From positions 220,164,001 to 220,228,000 of the forward strand of contig NC_058368.1 in NCBI RefSeq assembly GCF_018350175.1: a stretch of DNA of 64,000 nucleotides. The letters are read 5' to 3'. Below are positions 40,160-52,892 of the stretch, piece by piece. Every line of letters starts with the position of its first letter. Position 1 is the stretch's first letter. The stretch is from Felis catus (Eukaryota). The notes under the pieces are model-generated. The model had not been told where the DNA came from, made no database searches, and saw nothing but the letters and a program-made list of their open reading frames with translations. Made by a program: the position numbers and the translations under genes.

Positions 40160-40370
40160 GACAGGGCACAGTAGTAGGGAATATAGAATTTAGAATCAGA
40201 CTTCCTGAGTTCAAGTCTTGCCTTTACCACTTAATAGCTTGTTATCCTGATAAGTCATCTATCATGGTTCCTTCAAATATGGCCCTGATATAAAATATGG
40301 AGAATTACTGTACTTGCCATAATGTTTTAAGGTCATTCTGTTAAATTCATTAAGAAGGCAAAATAGTACC
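40160..40370 (+). mobile_element. MIR
   Basis: tttagaatcagacttcctgagttcaagtcttgcctttaccacttaatagct core. Confidence 0.65.
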
Positions 40371-40557
40371 ACCAAATAGTAATCATTCCATAAAATTTTA
40401 AGAGTTATAAATCTTGCACATTCTTCAAATGAAAACTTCAGAAACAATGAATATGGTCATGGTGCTAGGGAGAAAAACTTAAAAATGCATTTGGTGTAAA
40501 AAGTTCATGGGTGTTTTATATTTGAAATCTTTCATATTTGACAATGGTCTCTCATAT

Positions 40558-40846
40558 ATTTTTTTATTTTATTATATGAAATTTATTGTCAAATTAGTTT
40601 CCATACAACACCCAGTGCTCATCCCAAAAGATGCCCTCTTCAATGCCCATCACCTACCCTCCCCTCCCTCCCACCCCCCATCAACCCTCAGTTTGTTCTC
40701 AGTTTTTAAGAGTCTCTTATGCTTTGGCTCTCTCCCACTCTAACCTCTTTTTTTTTTTCCTTCCCCTCCCCCATGGGTTTCTGTTAAGTTTCTCAGGATC
40801 CACATAAGAGTGAAAACATATGGTATCTGTCTTTCTCTGTATGGCT
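40558..40846 (-). mobile_element. Short L1_Fc-like 3'UTR insertion
   Basis: Reverse complement of about 21018-21300; flanks ctctcatat (40549-40557) and ctcttgtat (40845-40853) are a plausible TSD. Confidence 0.93.
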
Positions 40847-41409
40847 CTTGTATTTTATGTTAAGAAAATATGCTATGGTCACATATATTAAAGCTACAAT
40901 TTTTCTCTGCAAGAAAACTGGTTTTCTTCCATTGCTATTCAGTGTTGAACGATGCTGGGGAAAAGCCTATGGATAACCAATGGTTTTCTGCTGGTGCAAC
41001 ATAATTTAACGAACTTAACTGAGATGTCCTAACTGTAAAGATCTCCAATCAACATTCAGTGACATGGTTTAAAAAAAAATCTGCCTTTCTATAGATACAA
41101 GTAATCACAAATATTAGTGTTGAAGAAGAGGACTACATGGTATTTTAAAGTTCATATAGTCACAAGAAATAATATACATAGTGCTATAGTCTCATTGTTT
41201 TAATTTCACAATGGACTTAGTGGCCACAATCGACTATAAGCTTTGTGAAAGAATTGTGTTTGTGTTATTTTCATTTCTCCTTCAGTAATTGGCACAATGC
41301 ATGGTACATAGACATCATCGCATGAATATTTGTTGAATTAAGAGACAAAATATTCCTACTCTCTTTTTTCTCAAATCTCCCTGATTATTTGGCCTATATT
41401 TAAAAGTAA

Positions 41410-42030
41410 TCAATTCTATTCTTTATAGTAGCTTTAGGTTAACTGAAATATTGAATGGAAAGTCCCTATGCATTTACATGCATACACATATAGAATTTTT
41501 CCTATTATTAACTTCTTGTATTAGGATGGTATATTTGTTGCAATTGATGAGCCAATGCTGGCATAATATTATATAGTATTATATAGTATTATTATTATTT
41601 AAAATCTGTAGTTTATATTAGAATTCCCTCTTGGTGGTGTACATTTTGTGGGTTTGGCAAATATATAATGGCATGTATCCACTATGAGAGTAGTATTATA
41701 CTGAATATGGTTCACCTGCTAAATCATACCTAGCCCTTGCTCCATTCCTCCCAACTCCTGGCAACAATTAATCTTTTTATAGTCTCCAATAGTTTTGACT
41801 TTTCCAGAATGTCATATAATTGGAACCATAGTAATGCAGCTTTTTCAGATTGGTTTCTTTTACTTACCAATATGCATTTAAGTTCCCTACATGTTTTTCC
41901 ATGGCTTAATATCTCATTATCATGGCTTGATATCAATACTTAATTTTAGTGCTATATAATATTCCATTGTATGGATATATCAGTTTATTTATCCACCTGC
42001 CTGTTGAAGTATAACTTGATGGCTTCCAAG
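41410..42030 (-). mobile_element. L1MC-type 3' end
   Basis: gctttaggttaactgaaatattgaatggaa; aattgatgagccaatgctg; ttttgacttttccagaatgtcatataattgga; attccattgtatggatata. Confidence 0.8.
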
Positions 42031-42251
42031 TTCCTAGGCTTATTTTTCAGCTCACTTTTCCAGTTATTTACCTAGTGCTTTTTTTTTTTATTTTTAAACT
42101 AGTTTTCTTGGTGATATCACTACCTGCAACTTACAGGTCTAGAAACAACTCACTGGGCTAGAGAAAATTCTAATAATCTAACTATCATCAGTAGCAAGGT
42201 AAAATATATCACCTAAATGTCTCTACATCATAACTTAGTTCTCACACACTT

Positions 42252-42315
42252 GAAACCAAGAGCACACTGTATATAATGTATGTTAGCTAACTTGACAATA
42301 AATTATATTTAAAAA
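42252..42315 (+). mobile_element. Ultra-short (about 65 bp) L1 3'-end insertion
   Basis: aaaccaagagcacactgta...tgttagctaacttgacaataaattatatt + A-run resembles a felid L1 terminus; flanked by degenerate repeats ataacttagttctcacacacttga (42230-42253) and ataacttactcttcacaacacttga (42316-42340). Confidence 0.75.
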
Positions 42316-44004
42316 ATAACTTACTCTTCACAACACTTGACCATATGAGGCTTCAAATATATATTTCCAACACTTTTCTGGATATATAACCAATCACATA
42401 AAGCTGAACATACACGTTATGGCTAGTATCTTTCTGAGAATTTTCTAGAAGTTTTCAAATTTCATAAATGGTTGTTTTTCTGCCCCTCAGATTGTAAAAA
42501 TTATTGCATCATTGACACCTCCTGATATCTCCCTACCTATTTCCATAGGTATAGGAAATATACCTATAAATATAGGAATATTCATAGCTCTAGATAAATC
42601 TCAGGGATACAGCTCCACATACGGCATTATGTTACAGTTTACTTTATATGTTTACAAGTCAGTTTTTCCCACAATATTCTAAATTTCCCAAAGGCAGGAA
42701 GTATAACTACATTAAATTTCTGGCACACAGTAGTAATTTAATAATGCATAATTACTTTATTAATATATTTGATTTGTAGATTTATGTTCATACTGTATTT
42801 TTTACCCTAAAATTGGTACTATATAATGAATTTGCTAACCTGATCTGTTTTGATGAGGTGCAGTTCCATCCTCAATGTTCACAGTTGTGTCATCTGTGGA
42901 TTCTCACTGGAACTTGTTCTCAAATACTCTATTAACAATTTATCTAATTTTTGAATTATATAACAAAAACTAATAATGTATGGTGTTGATTTTTATAAAG
43001 TAATAATATTAAAAATGACTTAGTACTGAACAAAGAGTTTAAGGGAGAAGAGAGACCATTTGATAGTTCATACGGATGGACCACTAAGTTCCAGAATGAA
43101 TGAATGAATGAATGAATAAATGAAAGAAAGGAAGGAAGAAAGGAAGTGTGGAGGGAGGGAAGAAGAATCTTAACGTTAGAGCTGTTAAATTTTGTCAGAC
43201 TTTTCTTTACCCTAACTTTTAAGAGTAGATGAGGGTTGAGAGAGTAGAAAAAAGCTTGCCAGCATAATAAAATTTGGCAGATATTCTATTTTCTGACAAC
43301 TGTATTTCAGGATGATGGTGCCAAGAATAAGTATCAGTTAGGCCTGCTGCCCTGTCAGACTAATCAGGAAAAATCTGTCATTTTCTGTGTCTCTAGTTCA
43401 CTGCATGTCCCAAAGTAGGCTCGTAGCATGGCTTTGTTATTTTTAAGGCAATCCTTTTAAGTTTAATATTCTAATAGGAGTGAGCATTGTCATTTAGACA
43501 CTGTCTTGCAGAGTCATATGAGGAAAATTGGTGTGTGTTCCTAGGACAGTCATAAATGTGTCTCACGAAATGTCACCACATTATTTTTGGTTCCTCATAA
43601 ATCTCACTATGTGAGATCATTTTAAGTAGCATTCATTAAAACTATTTCATGTTTTAATATTATGGTAATATAGTCAGTGTTATTCTTCAAAGGCAAGTAC
43701 TTACATGATTATTAACAGAAAAAGTTAGCTTACACTGTTAAAGACGTTAGCAGAGATCCAGTTTCTTTTTCAGTTTTCTGCAGTTGAAATTCCTATGTTC
43801 CAGTGGTGTTGACTTATCAAAAAGGGATGTGGTGTGAATGTAAAGTAAGATCATCTGTAGAACAGATGGATTGCTGGGCTTTTCTACATTTCAAAAGCGG
43901 GTGTTATGTTTTATAATCTCTCTTTATATTTTGAAATATAAGAAGAATCAAACTATAGAATGTAATTTAAAAATAATAAAATTAACATCAGTATTCTCAG
44001 TCCC

Positions 44005-44104
44005 ATATGATATGATATGATATGATATGATATGATATGATATGATAATGTGATGTGATATGTGATGTGCTATGCAATGATATTGTATCATATCATATCA
44101 TATA
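44005..44104. repeat. (ATATG)n pentanucleotide repeat ending in an inverted (ATCAT)n arm
   Basis: Direct reading. Confidence 0.9.
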
Positions 44105-44604
44105 GTGTCATCAATACCCTAGGTGGGCTTTGTGAGCTCCCCAGACACAGTACTACAAAGCAGTCACCACTGTACTGGGTTCAATAGTAACCTTTCTCTT
44201 GTACTTTGAAATAGCTCTCATGCATGTCTGCATCCATAAACTACCACATTGTGTAGATTTGCCTGTTAATTTTTTTAAGGATATTTTATAAAAATGTAGA
44301 TTGAGGCTTAAAACCTAATATTTTAAATTATCTCATGTAGTCTTGTGAACTTAACCAGTGTTTTTAACTTAGGCGTGTGATTGCGGAACAGAGATTCCCC
44401 TAAACAAAATCTTGTAGATTATTACTACAAGATTATTACTACAATTACAAGATTATATTACTTAATCTTGTAGATTAAGTAATAGACTGCTCAGATTTTT
44501 CTCCCCACTTCCATATGAATTTATTTATTATAATGAAGCTTATACCATCTGACTTCTAGCTACTTGAGCAGTTGCCAGTTCGTTCTTCAAAAATTTTCAA
44601 TCCT

Positions 44605-44799
44605 GGGGTGCCTGGGTGATTCAGTTGGTTAAGCGTCCAACTCTTGGTTTCAGCTCAGGTCATGATCTTGCAGTTAGTGAGATTGAGCACTGTATCAGGC
44701 TCTGCACTGAGAATTCAGAGCCTCCTTGAGATTCTCTCTCTCCCCCTCTCTCTCTGCCCCTTCCTTTTTCGCACCCTCTATGTAAATAAATTAACTAAA
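44605..44799 (+). mobile_element. Can-SINE
   Basis: Canonical head, (CT)n, tail. Confidence 0.93.
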
Positions 44800-44904
44800 A
44801 TTTTTTTTTCAGTTTCTTGACCACCAAAATCATAGTTTACTTATGTATATAGTTAACACTTATTGCACTAATATTAATGTGGCTTATTATGCTGCTTCAT
44901 ATGC

Positions 44905-44905
<1 letters not shown>

Positions 44906-44943
<38 letters not shown>

Positions 44944-44966
44944 CACATACATATATACACACACAC
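44906..44966. repeat. (TG)n/(TA)n/(CA)n microsatellite
   Basis: Direct reading. Confidence 0.93.
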
Positions 44967-44967
44967 T

Positions 44968-45149
44968 AATGTTTATTTTTGAGAGAGCGAGTAAACAGGG
45001 AAAGGGCAGAAAGAAAAGGGGACAGAGGATCTGAGGTGAACTCTGTGCTGACAGCAGAGAGCCCAATGCAGGGCTCAAGCCAAGGAACCATTAGATCATG
45101 ACCTGAGATGAAGTTGGACGCTTAATCAGCTGAGACACTCAGGCACCCC
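44968..45149 (-). mobile_element. Can-SINE
   Basis: Antisense body; tail abuts a (TG)n/(TA)n/(CA)n microsatellite. Confidence 0.92.
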
Positions 45150-46476
45150 ACAATTAATGTATATTAAAGCATTTAATTCTGGAGGAAAAAAAATAAGCTT
45201 TGAGATACTGAATATTTTGTTCACATTTTTCAGGTAAAAAAACTAAGTGAGATTATATCTGAGGTCACTCAAACTGGGATTCCCTCCCAAGGATACTGAA
45301 ACAAACCCTATGTCGGAGCTCCAAAATGTTCTTGGTTCACCATGTCTAAGTGCATTGCCACTTTGCTAAATGAGTATCTAAAGGTTTCAATTTTTAATTG
45401 CTAAAGTCCAAAACCTCAACAAATATGTACATCTTAAAACATAGCAGTCACCTGAAATAACAACACACGTTATTTGAAAGACAAATAGGAACATTTTCAT
45501 TTCTGTCTTCAAAAATTACAATGATTCACTGATAGGATCTGTGCAATTATGTACAACTTGGAATCAGATTGGACACCAGCACCCTGATCTACAGTTCTAC
45601 ACTCATTTTCACGCAGTACTTTCTTTTTATCAATAGTAACTATGAAAACTCAAATTCACAAAGATATGTCATCATTGAAAGTAGGTCGTAGAATCAAATA
45701 TTAAAACACTGAACACCCTCTAGCTAGTATTTTGTACAATGACTGACAAATGTTAAACATCTCAGTTTCCCCTGAAACTTTAAAATACCCTGCAGTACCC
45801 CCGTGAGCTACCTGTGGTGCTCTGAGGTGCCTTAGCTCACAGCTTGGGAATGGCTGCCCTACGCTCCCTCCTTAGGCTCCTCACTATGGGCAGAGTCCCA
45901 ATACCTAGCTCAGTGCATATTTTCAGAAATCATCCTAGTGTATACATCAAACATCTACCATTTAAATAATACAAAACTGCATTTTGTTTTTACAAAATTG
46001 TCTTGTATCTAAGTTATTCATATTAAAATTAAAGATATTTTTATTCTAAAGTAAATGTGGATTTAAACATTTGTTCTATCACCTAAGAACTGTGTGATTT
46101 TCAACACTGACTTGGACTTCACTGAGCCTGTTAGTTACATGGCAAAGGGAGATAATAAGAGACTTAGTTGATGAAATGAGTCCATGTATTTAAATTGTTT
46201 AGCCCTCAGTAAAACACATAATAAATGCAAAACATGTGATATCTTTTTCCTTTCCATCACTTTCCTCATTTTTCCCCCTACCCTATGAATTGCAGTTGGC
46301 CTGAGCAATTGTGTGTAATTCAGGCTAAAATTTTGTCTGTAGATATTAATCTAGGACCATCTAATAGATTAATGTATTCACTGTAAGAAATTGACATTAT
46401 GTGCAAAGGTGCTGCTTACTTTTCCCACTAGGTGGGCTTTCTTACCAGAATGGGAAAGGAGATGATAGGAAAGAGA

Positions 46477-46521
46477 AAAACAAAACAAAACAAAACAAAA
46501 CAAAACAAAACAAAACAAAAC
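46477..46521. repeat. (CAAAA)n repeat
   Basis: Direct reading. Confidence 0.95.
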
Positions 46522-47972
46522 ACAGAGCGCAAACTAGAAGCTCAGGAAATTTTCTTTCATTTAACAAATATGCCTCAACAGAGGTGATAGATTACACATT
46601 TTCAATATACATGTGCTTACACACATCCAAATATTTTTTTTTATTACTGAGTGCTATTTTAGAATACACTTTAAGCTGTCCAAACTACAATTTAAAGAGT
46701 GCCTTGAACATGAGTTTTAAAAATATAATTTGGTGAATTCACACTCTCACCAGGACAAATTCACTTCCTTCTATGTAGACCAAGACCCTGAAGAAAACTA
46801 TAAAAGCAAAATGGAGATTTATCATACTTGACTGGCTCTACCTCTACATTGTACAAAAAAGCCAATGTCTGAACTTCCATTGCTACCAATTCAACCCTTC
46901 GCTGATCTACTCAATTTATTTTGCCTTTTGATGGTTTAGGATATGGCATGCAATTATATGGGGGAATGGTCAGTCTGTAAACATAAACCTAATCAACTTT
47001 ACAGAACTAGTTTGAGTTTTATCTTCATATAGCACTCTTTTCTGTTCTACTTTCAAGTTTTAACTAGTTTATTTACCCGATCAGTAGGATTACCTATTAA
47101 CTGATATAATGATCATAAGTGAGATAAAAGAGACATATCTATTTTTACTTCTAATTAAACTGCTTATATTTCTAGTTCCACAAAATAGATTTAAATTTAA
47201 TTTGTCAAAATCAATTTTAAATTCATTTCATTTATAAAACTGCATTACAGTTAGAAAATTCAACTTAACATCTTGTTTGATGCAATAGAAGCTATACATT
47301 GCCTTCAAGTGCACAAATAATGATCAAGAAAAATTATGTAAAAACCCATTCAAAAAAACTATAAAATGTGTCTGGCACTATGCGACAGACCACCTGCTGA
47401 TACCAACAGATATACATTTATGTATGAAATTGTAATATAAAGTGTTGAAACAAATTGTTGTCCTAAAAATTCTTTGTACTCTTATGGATTTGGATGATCT
47501 AAGGTTGTATGTTTCTGTTATTTGATTTTAACTAGAAATTGAAATATATAATTTTACCTAGAACTTGAAATTTGGAGAAACTATTGATGAAACTTTATTA
47601 TCATTGAAGTTATATAAAATTATATTGAAATGCACAATTATGCTGTTGAATTATAATCTTTTAATATCTGAGAATAGAACAATAGTGTGTACTATGCAAG
47701 GTTGTTCTGTGGTATAAGTAATAACTTATATTGAGGTCTTAGTGTATGATAATCCTTGACAGTATTTGTTTCCTTCTATATGAAAGCAAGAATATTTGAG
47801 AGACATTTAAACAATATAACAAAAGTTATGCATTAAAATTTGTAAATTCCATGTAAATCAATTGTGGATAAAATGTGTAAATCATTCAAAAATAGAAATA
47901 ATACTGTAATATGTCTTGAATTTAAAATATTAAAAATAAAGGAATAAAGGATTTCTGGGGACTAAAGACAAT

Positions 47973-48146
47973 GGCAGCCTGGGCATCACAGTTGGTTAAG
48001 CTTCCAAATCTGGATTTCAGCTCAGGTCATTATCTCTCACAGTCTGTGAGTTCGATCTCACAGTTGGGCAGTGTGGAGCCTACTTGAGATTCTCTCTTGC
48101 CCCTCAGTTTGCCACTCCCCACCTCTATCTCTCTCCAAGTAAATAA
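47973..48146 (+). mobile_element. Degraded Can-SINE
   Basis: gcctgggcatcacagttggttaagc..gatttcagctcaggtcat..gtggagcctacttgagattctctc. Confidence 0.8.
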
Positions 48147-48516
48147 TTTTCTTTAAGTCAAGATTATAATGCAGTTGCCTAAAACAGTATGACTCAAAAA
48201 AGTTAATATGGAACATTGACGAAAGACAGGAAACCAATCAAAGGGATGACAATGAAATAGAGAAAGAAAAAGGTTCAAGAGAAAGGAAGATAGGCAAGAA
48301 GAAGTAACATTTGTGTTACTGGCTCTTCTGAAGAACAAAAATAAAATAATAGAACAGAATTAACGTTTAAAATTATAATCTAAGAAGATCTTCTGAGGGG
48401 AAAGCAAGGGGCCTGGATTTATATATTAAAATGTTTCACTGGATAGTTGGGAAAATTAACCAGCACAATCAACTTCAAGGACTATCTCAGTAAAGCTACT
48501 ACATTTTAAAGATAAA

Positions 48517-48718
48517 GGGACACCTGGGTGGCTCAGTCAGTTAAGTGTCCAACCTTGGCTCAGGTCATGATCTCACGGTTTGTGGATTCCAGCTCTGGAT
48601 CCAGCTCTGTGCTGACAGCTCAGAGCCTGAAGCCAGCTTCAGATTCTGTGTCTCCCTCTTTCTCTGCCCCTCACCCGCTCATACTCTGTCTCTCAAAAAT
48701 AAATAAATATTAAAAAAA
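48517..48718 (+). mobile_element. Feline Can-SINE
   Basis: tttaaagata flanks both sides. Confidence 0.95.
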
Positions 48719-48814
48719 TTTAAAGATACATGAAAAGATCCTAAAATCCCAGGCAAAATGATGAAACAACTTATGAAGACAAAACAATTATTCTATCATC
48801 AGACTTTCCAAAAA

Positions 48815-49012
48815 TTGTTAACATTTTTATTTATTGTTGAGAGACAGAGAGAGACACAGCATGAACAAGGGAGGGGCAGAGAAAGAGAGGGAGACACAGA
48901 ATCGGAAGCAGGCTCCAGGCTCTGAGCTATCAGCACAGAGCCTGATGCGGGGCTTGAACCCACAAACCGTGAGATCATGACCTGAGCTGAAGTCAGACGC
49001 CCAGGTATGCCT
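48815..49012 (-). mobile_element. Feline Can-SINE with a deletion in the head
   Basis: TSD tcatcagacttt at 48796-48807 and 49014-49025. Confidence 0.94.
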
Positions 49013-52000
49013 GTCATCAGACTTTTCAAAAGCAACTATGACCAAAGGACATGCAAATGTAGCAGAATTCTTTTTAACTCAATGAAACAAATGTGAACCA
49101 AATAATTTTATAACCAGTCCACCTATCCTTCAAGGATCAAAGCTCTAAGAAAAATTACTTTCTATATACAAAAACATAGGGCATTCTCTTGCCATGAGGA
49201 CTTTTTGAGAAATCTAATACTTGACTTTGCAACTTTTTGTACCTCAAATTATTTCAAACTAAAATTTAAAAATAGAAAGTAGCTTCATAAAAATATTAGA
49301 ACAATGACTCTATGAGCCAACAAACATGTTTTGAATGTAAAATCTGCTCATTGTTAATCATCATATATAAGGATGTTTATCATTACCATATAGTGGGATC
49401 CAGGTTAGGTGGATTGAGAAAAAAGGAAGAAAAGGCTATAAGTGCCACGCAAATGCAAATACATTGTCATTATTTTATGTGAAATTTTGGAAATATATCC
49501 AAATGCAAATAAAATATATATTTCAAAGGCTATTGTGAACAAATATTTTGGTGTTGTTTGACCTAGTTTAATCAGGAATAATAAGTAAAATTTAATCACA
49601 AATACAGGAGAAAGTAGGAATAAATGGTAAAAATAATTAAGCTAAAATTTATTATTGTTAGTGCTCTAGAGGTATGCATATGCTTTAACAGAAATATTAA
49701 TCTATAGCTATATTTTCAATAATAACTGATAAAAAATATTTATAGTAATAATTTGTGTATGGAGACATTTTTTTCTTTTATTTGGAGATAATTGGAGTTC
49801 ATAGAAATGCAATGTTTGATATTAAAGAAAATGCATAAGACCTACTTTCCATTGTATTCATAAATGAGTGTATAACCAAGAGAATTACCTAAAAATTTTC
49901 AGTTTTCAAACCAAGCATTTTATGATCATCTTCCAATGTTACAGTTTTTCAGCCAAACCTAGCAGCTGAATTTCTAAAATTGGCTCTTCTCCATGTAGCA
50001 TGCCTCATGCAAATGAACCCAGATGAAAAGAATTGAAAATAGCTAGTATGTGTGGTTAACATTTGGATAACTGCATAAGCAAACAGCACAGGATCCTCAA
50101 ATCCCAAAACATAATTGTTAACTACTGTATCTTTATAGAACAATATTAAAATGACTGTTTTTTGTTACTCTTTAACAATAGGATTTTATTTGTAGTTTCC
50201 AAATGATAATCTCAATGCATTATTAATATGTGAATATACCACATAGAAATTTAGTCTTTCTGACACTTTAAAATCTGTGTTAGTATGTAGATAACTGGGT
50301 AAGGGAAACAATATCAAGGGCTTAATTTAAATCCCATCGTCTTGCAAATTTATTCAGAAATAGTTCTTAACTAAATGCACATTGTGATTGAAATAACCAA
50401 AGAATTGAATGTGTAATTTGCAAACTGCAAGTTACTAAAGATTCAGTTAATATCAAATTGACAAAAAAGCTATTTTTGAATATTAAATAATTATTAGGGT
50501 TCTTCTTTTCTGCTATAATAATCAATGCCACATATGAACATACCTAATATGAAAATATCTTATGATTATTGTTTCTGAACAAAGCTTGCTTAAACATGTG
50601 GAGAAAATACTATTTTAGGTTTACTTAGGAATTGAAGATACACAATCTCACCCTTAATGGAAACCTGTGAATACAGGATTGCATTCACCTCAAAGCAATA
50701 TGTTCTTGTAAATGGAATAGAAACAAATCTAAAACCAAATTTCAACCATCCTTATAAGACTTATGATAAGAAAAAGGATATACTTCAATATATGTGATTT
50801 GTTCTCTCCCCCAGCTTTACTACAGACCATGTCAGTGCACTGTACTCAACCTCTTCATGACAGATCTCTTTTTTTTGTTGCAACCAGTGTGCAAAAGGAC
50901 CTTATGGTAGTTTATACTAGATTCACCAGAATAAGAAAGCCAAGACATATGTTTACAACCCTGTAGCTGAACAGAGATCACCCAAACATCTTACATACTA
51001 CATGCCCTTTAGATATTTACAATATAATAATACTTACCTTTGATAGACAGGCTTGCTTTTATGAAACCAGTATCGTTTACTTTAGCTGCAGCAAAATTAG
51101 AAATTTAAATAACAAAGTGAAAGAAAACTCACCTTAGGATAAGACACACATAGCTTCTAATCCACCTTTTTCCATTTTTTAAATATCATGATCTTCAAGA
51201 GTTAGAACATAGTAAGTCTGCATCTTAGACATGGACTCATGCATCTTAGTAAACAAACAACTTTCTGTCAGCTTTGGTGTTATCTAGTATTGGACATTTT
51301 TCAACATTGTTTTTAGCTATAGCTATAGAATGTAGATTATAGGATACACATGATATTTTTGCCACGTAAAAAGATGTATACCCTCTTGCAACCTATTTTT
51401 TCATGGGTTTGAATGCATATTCTGAGGGCACCAAAAATTTCACACTATTAGACTTCAATAAACAGCATGAATAATTGTGTAGATTTCACTAAGTAGTCAC
51501 ACAGTTTTGGCACTTCAGAAAAATTATTGGTCACATTGCTCAATAAACTAGACTAATAAGTTGTTTAACAAATTTGCCAAGTTTTCAAGGAGTGGTTGGA
51601 GCATGTTAGTGTGCTCTAAAATATTTCTAGGTGTTTCTAGACTTTTAAATTTCAAAAGTAACAATGAGTTTTCTATTTTAATTCTCTCAGTTATCAGTAT
51701 TAAAAGAATACCGATTATCACTATGGTTTCATAAAGCAAGCAAAGTTTATTATAAAAAATACAGGGAAAATGATTAAAAAATAACTCTTTAATCAAATTG
51801 TTTCATAGTTATCAAACATCTAAAATAATGCCTGTATTTTTCTCACTTCGTATCAGTGATGAACATTACTTTTCACAAATAAGAGTGATCTATTGAACAG
51901 AATTTCTGAACCTCTCATCGAAACCAAACTAAAGTATGTGTCTTTCCTACTAACATTTATTCAACACGCCAAATAGAAGATTTCCTCAATGAAACAGATT

Positions 52001-52452
52001 TTAGCACTACAAAACACCTTACATGAAAGTATTCTCAGTAATGAGCCTGTTAGAAATATGATAACAGCACTTTAGACTTGTCTGGTAGAATTATTTTATC
52101 TAGCACTCACACTAATTTCTTCAGCATCATCTGGAAGCACACATTTTCTAGCAAATTTTTTTTAACTCCCTGTCTTCTTATCTTCTTCTTCTAGAATGTA
52201 ATCACTAATATAATGGTGACTGTAATTTTTTGTTGTTTGGTTTTGCATTCTCAGGATTGAGGAAAACATTGGCATGTACTAAGTATTCTGTAAATATGGA
52301 AATGTATTTTTTAATTGCGTTAGACTTAATCATTAGTTATGTTTCACATCATATATCAGTTTCATTAATTTAACTTTTTACCTATTATATATTATTGAAA
52401 ACAAAAGAGAAGTAATTGTGAACCTAAAAGTGCTATAAAAATAAAAAGTATT

Positions 52453-52670
52453 GGTTGCCTATGTGGCTCAGTCAGTTAAGTCTGACTCTTGATTTTGGCT
52501 CAGATCATGATTTCACAGTTCATGAGATAGAGCCCCACATCAGGCTGTGTGCTGACAGCATGGAACCTGCTTGGGAATCTGTCCCTTTCTCTGCCTGTCC
52601 CTCCCCCACCCCCACTCATCCTCCCTCGCGCCCTCCCTCCCTCTCTCTCTCCCCCTCAAAAATAAATAAA
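52453..52670 (+). mobile_element. Can-SINE
   Basis: Head, C/T-rich body, aataaataaa tail. Confidence 0.92.
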
Positions 52671-52892
52671 TTTTTATTATTTTTTAATGTTTATTATTTA
52701 TTCTTGAGGCAGTGAGAGAGAGAGACAGAGCACGAGTGGCCGGGGTGGGCAGAGAGAGAGGGAGACACAGAATCCAAAGCAGGTTCCAGGCTCTGAGCTG
52801 GCAGCACAGAGCCCGAGGCGGGGCTCGAACTGGCGAACCACAAGACCTGACCTGAGCTGAAGTCATGTTCAACCGCCACCCAGCACCACCCC
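52671..52892 (-). mobile_element. Feline Can-SINE abutting the previous one tail-to-tail
   Basis: Antisense body begins immediately after the tail of the + SINE. Confidence 0.93.

Noticed and set aside
51086..51132. Second minus-strand donor (AAG/GTGAG near 51132) splicing to the 51085 acceptor
   Set aside because: The implied intron of about 47 nt is too short for a typical mammalian intron.
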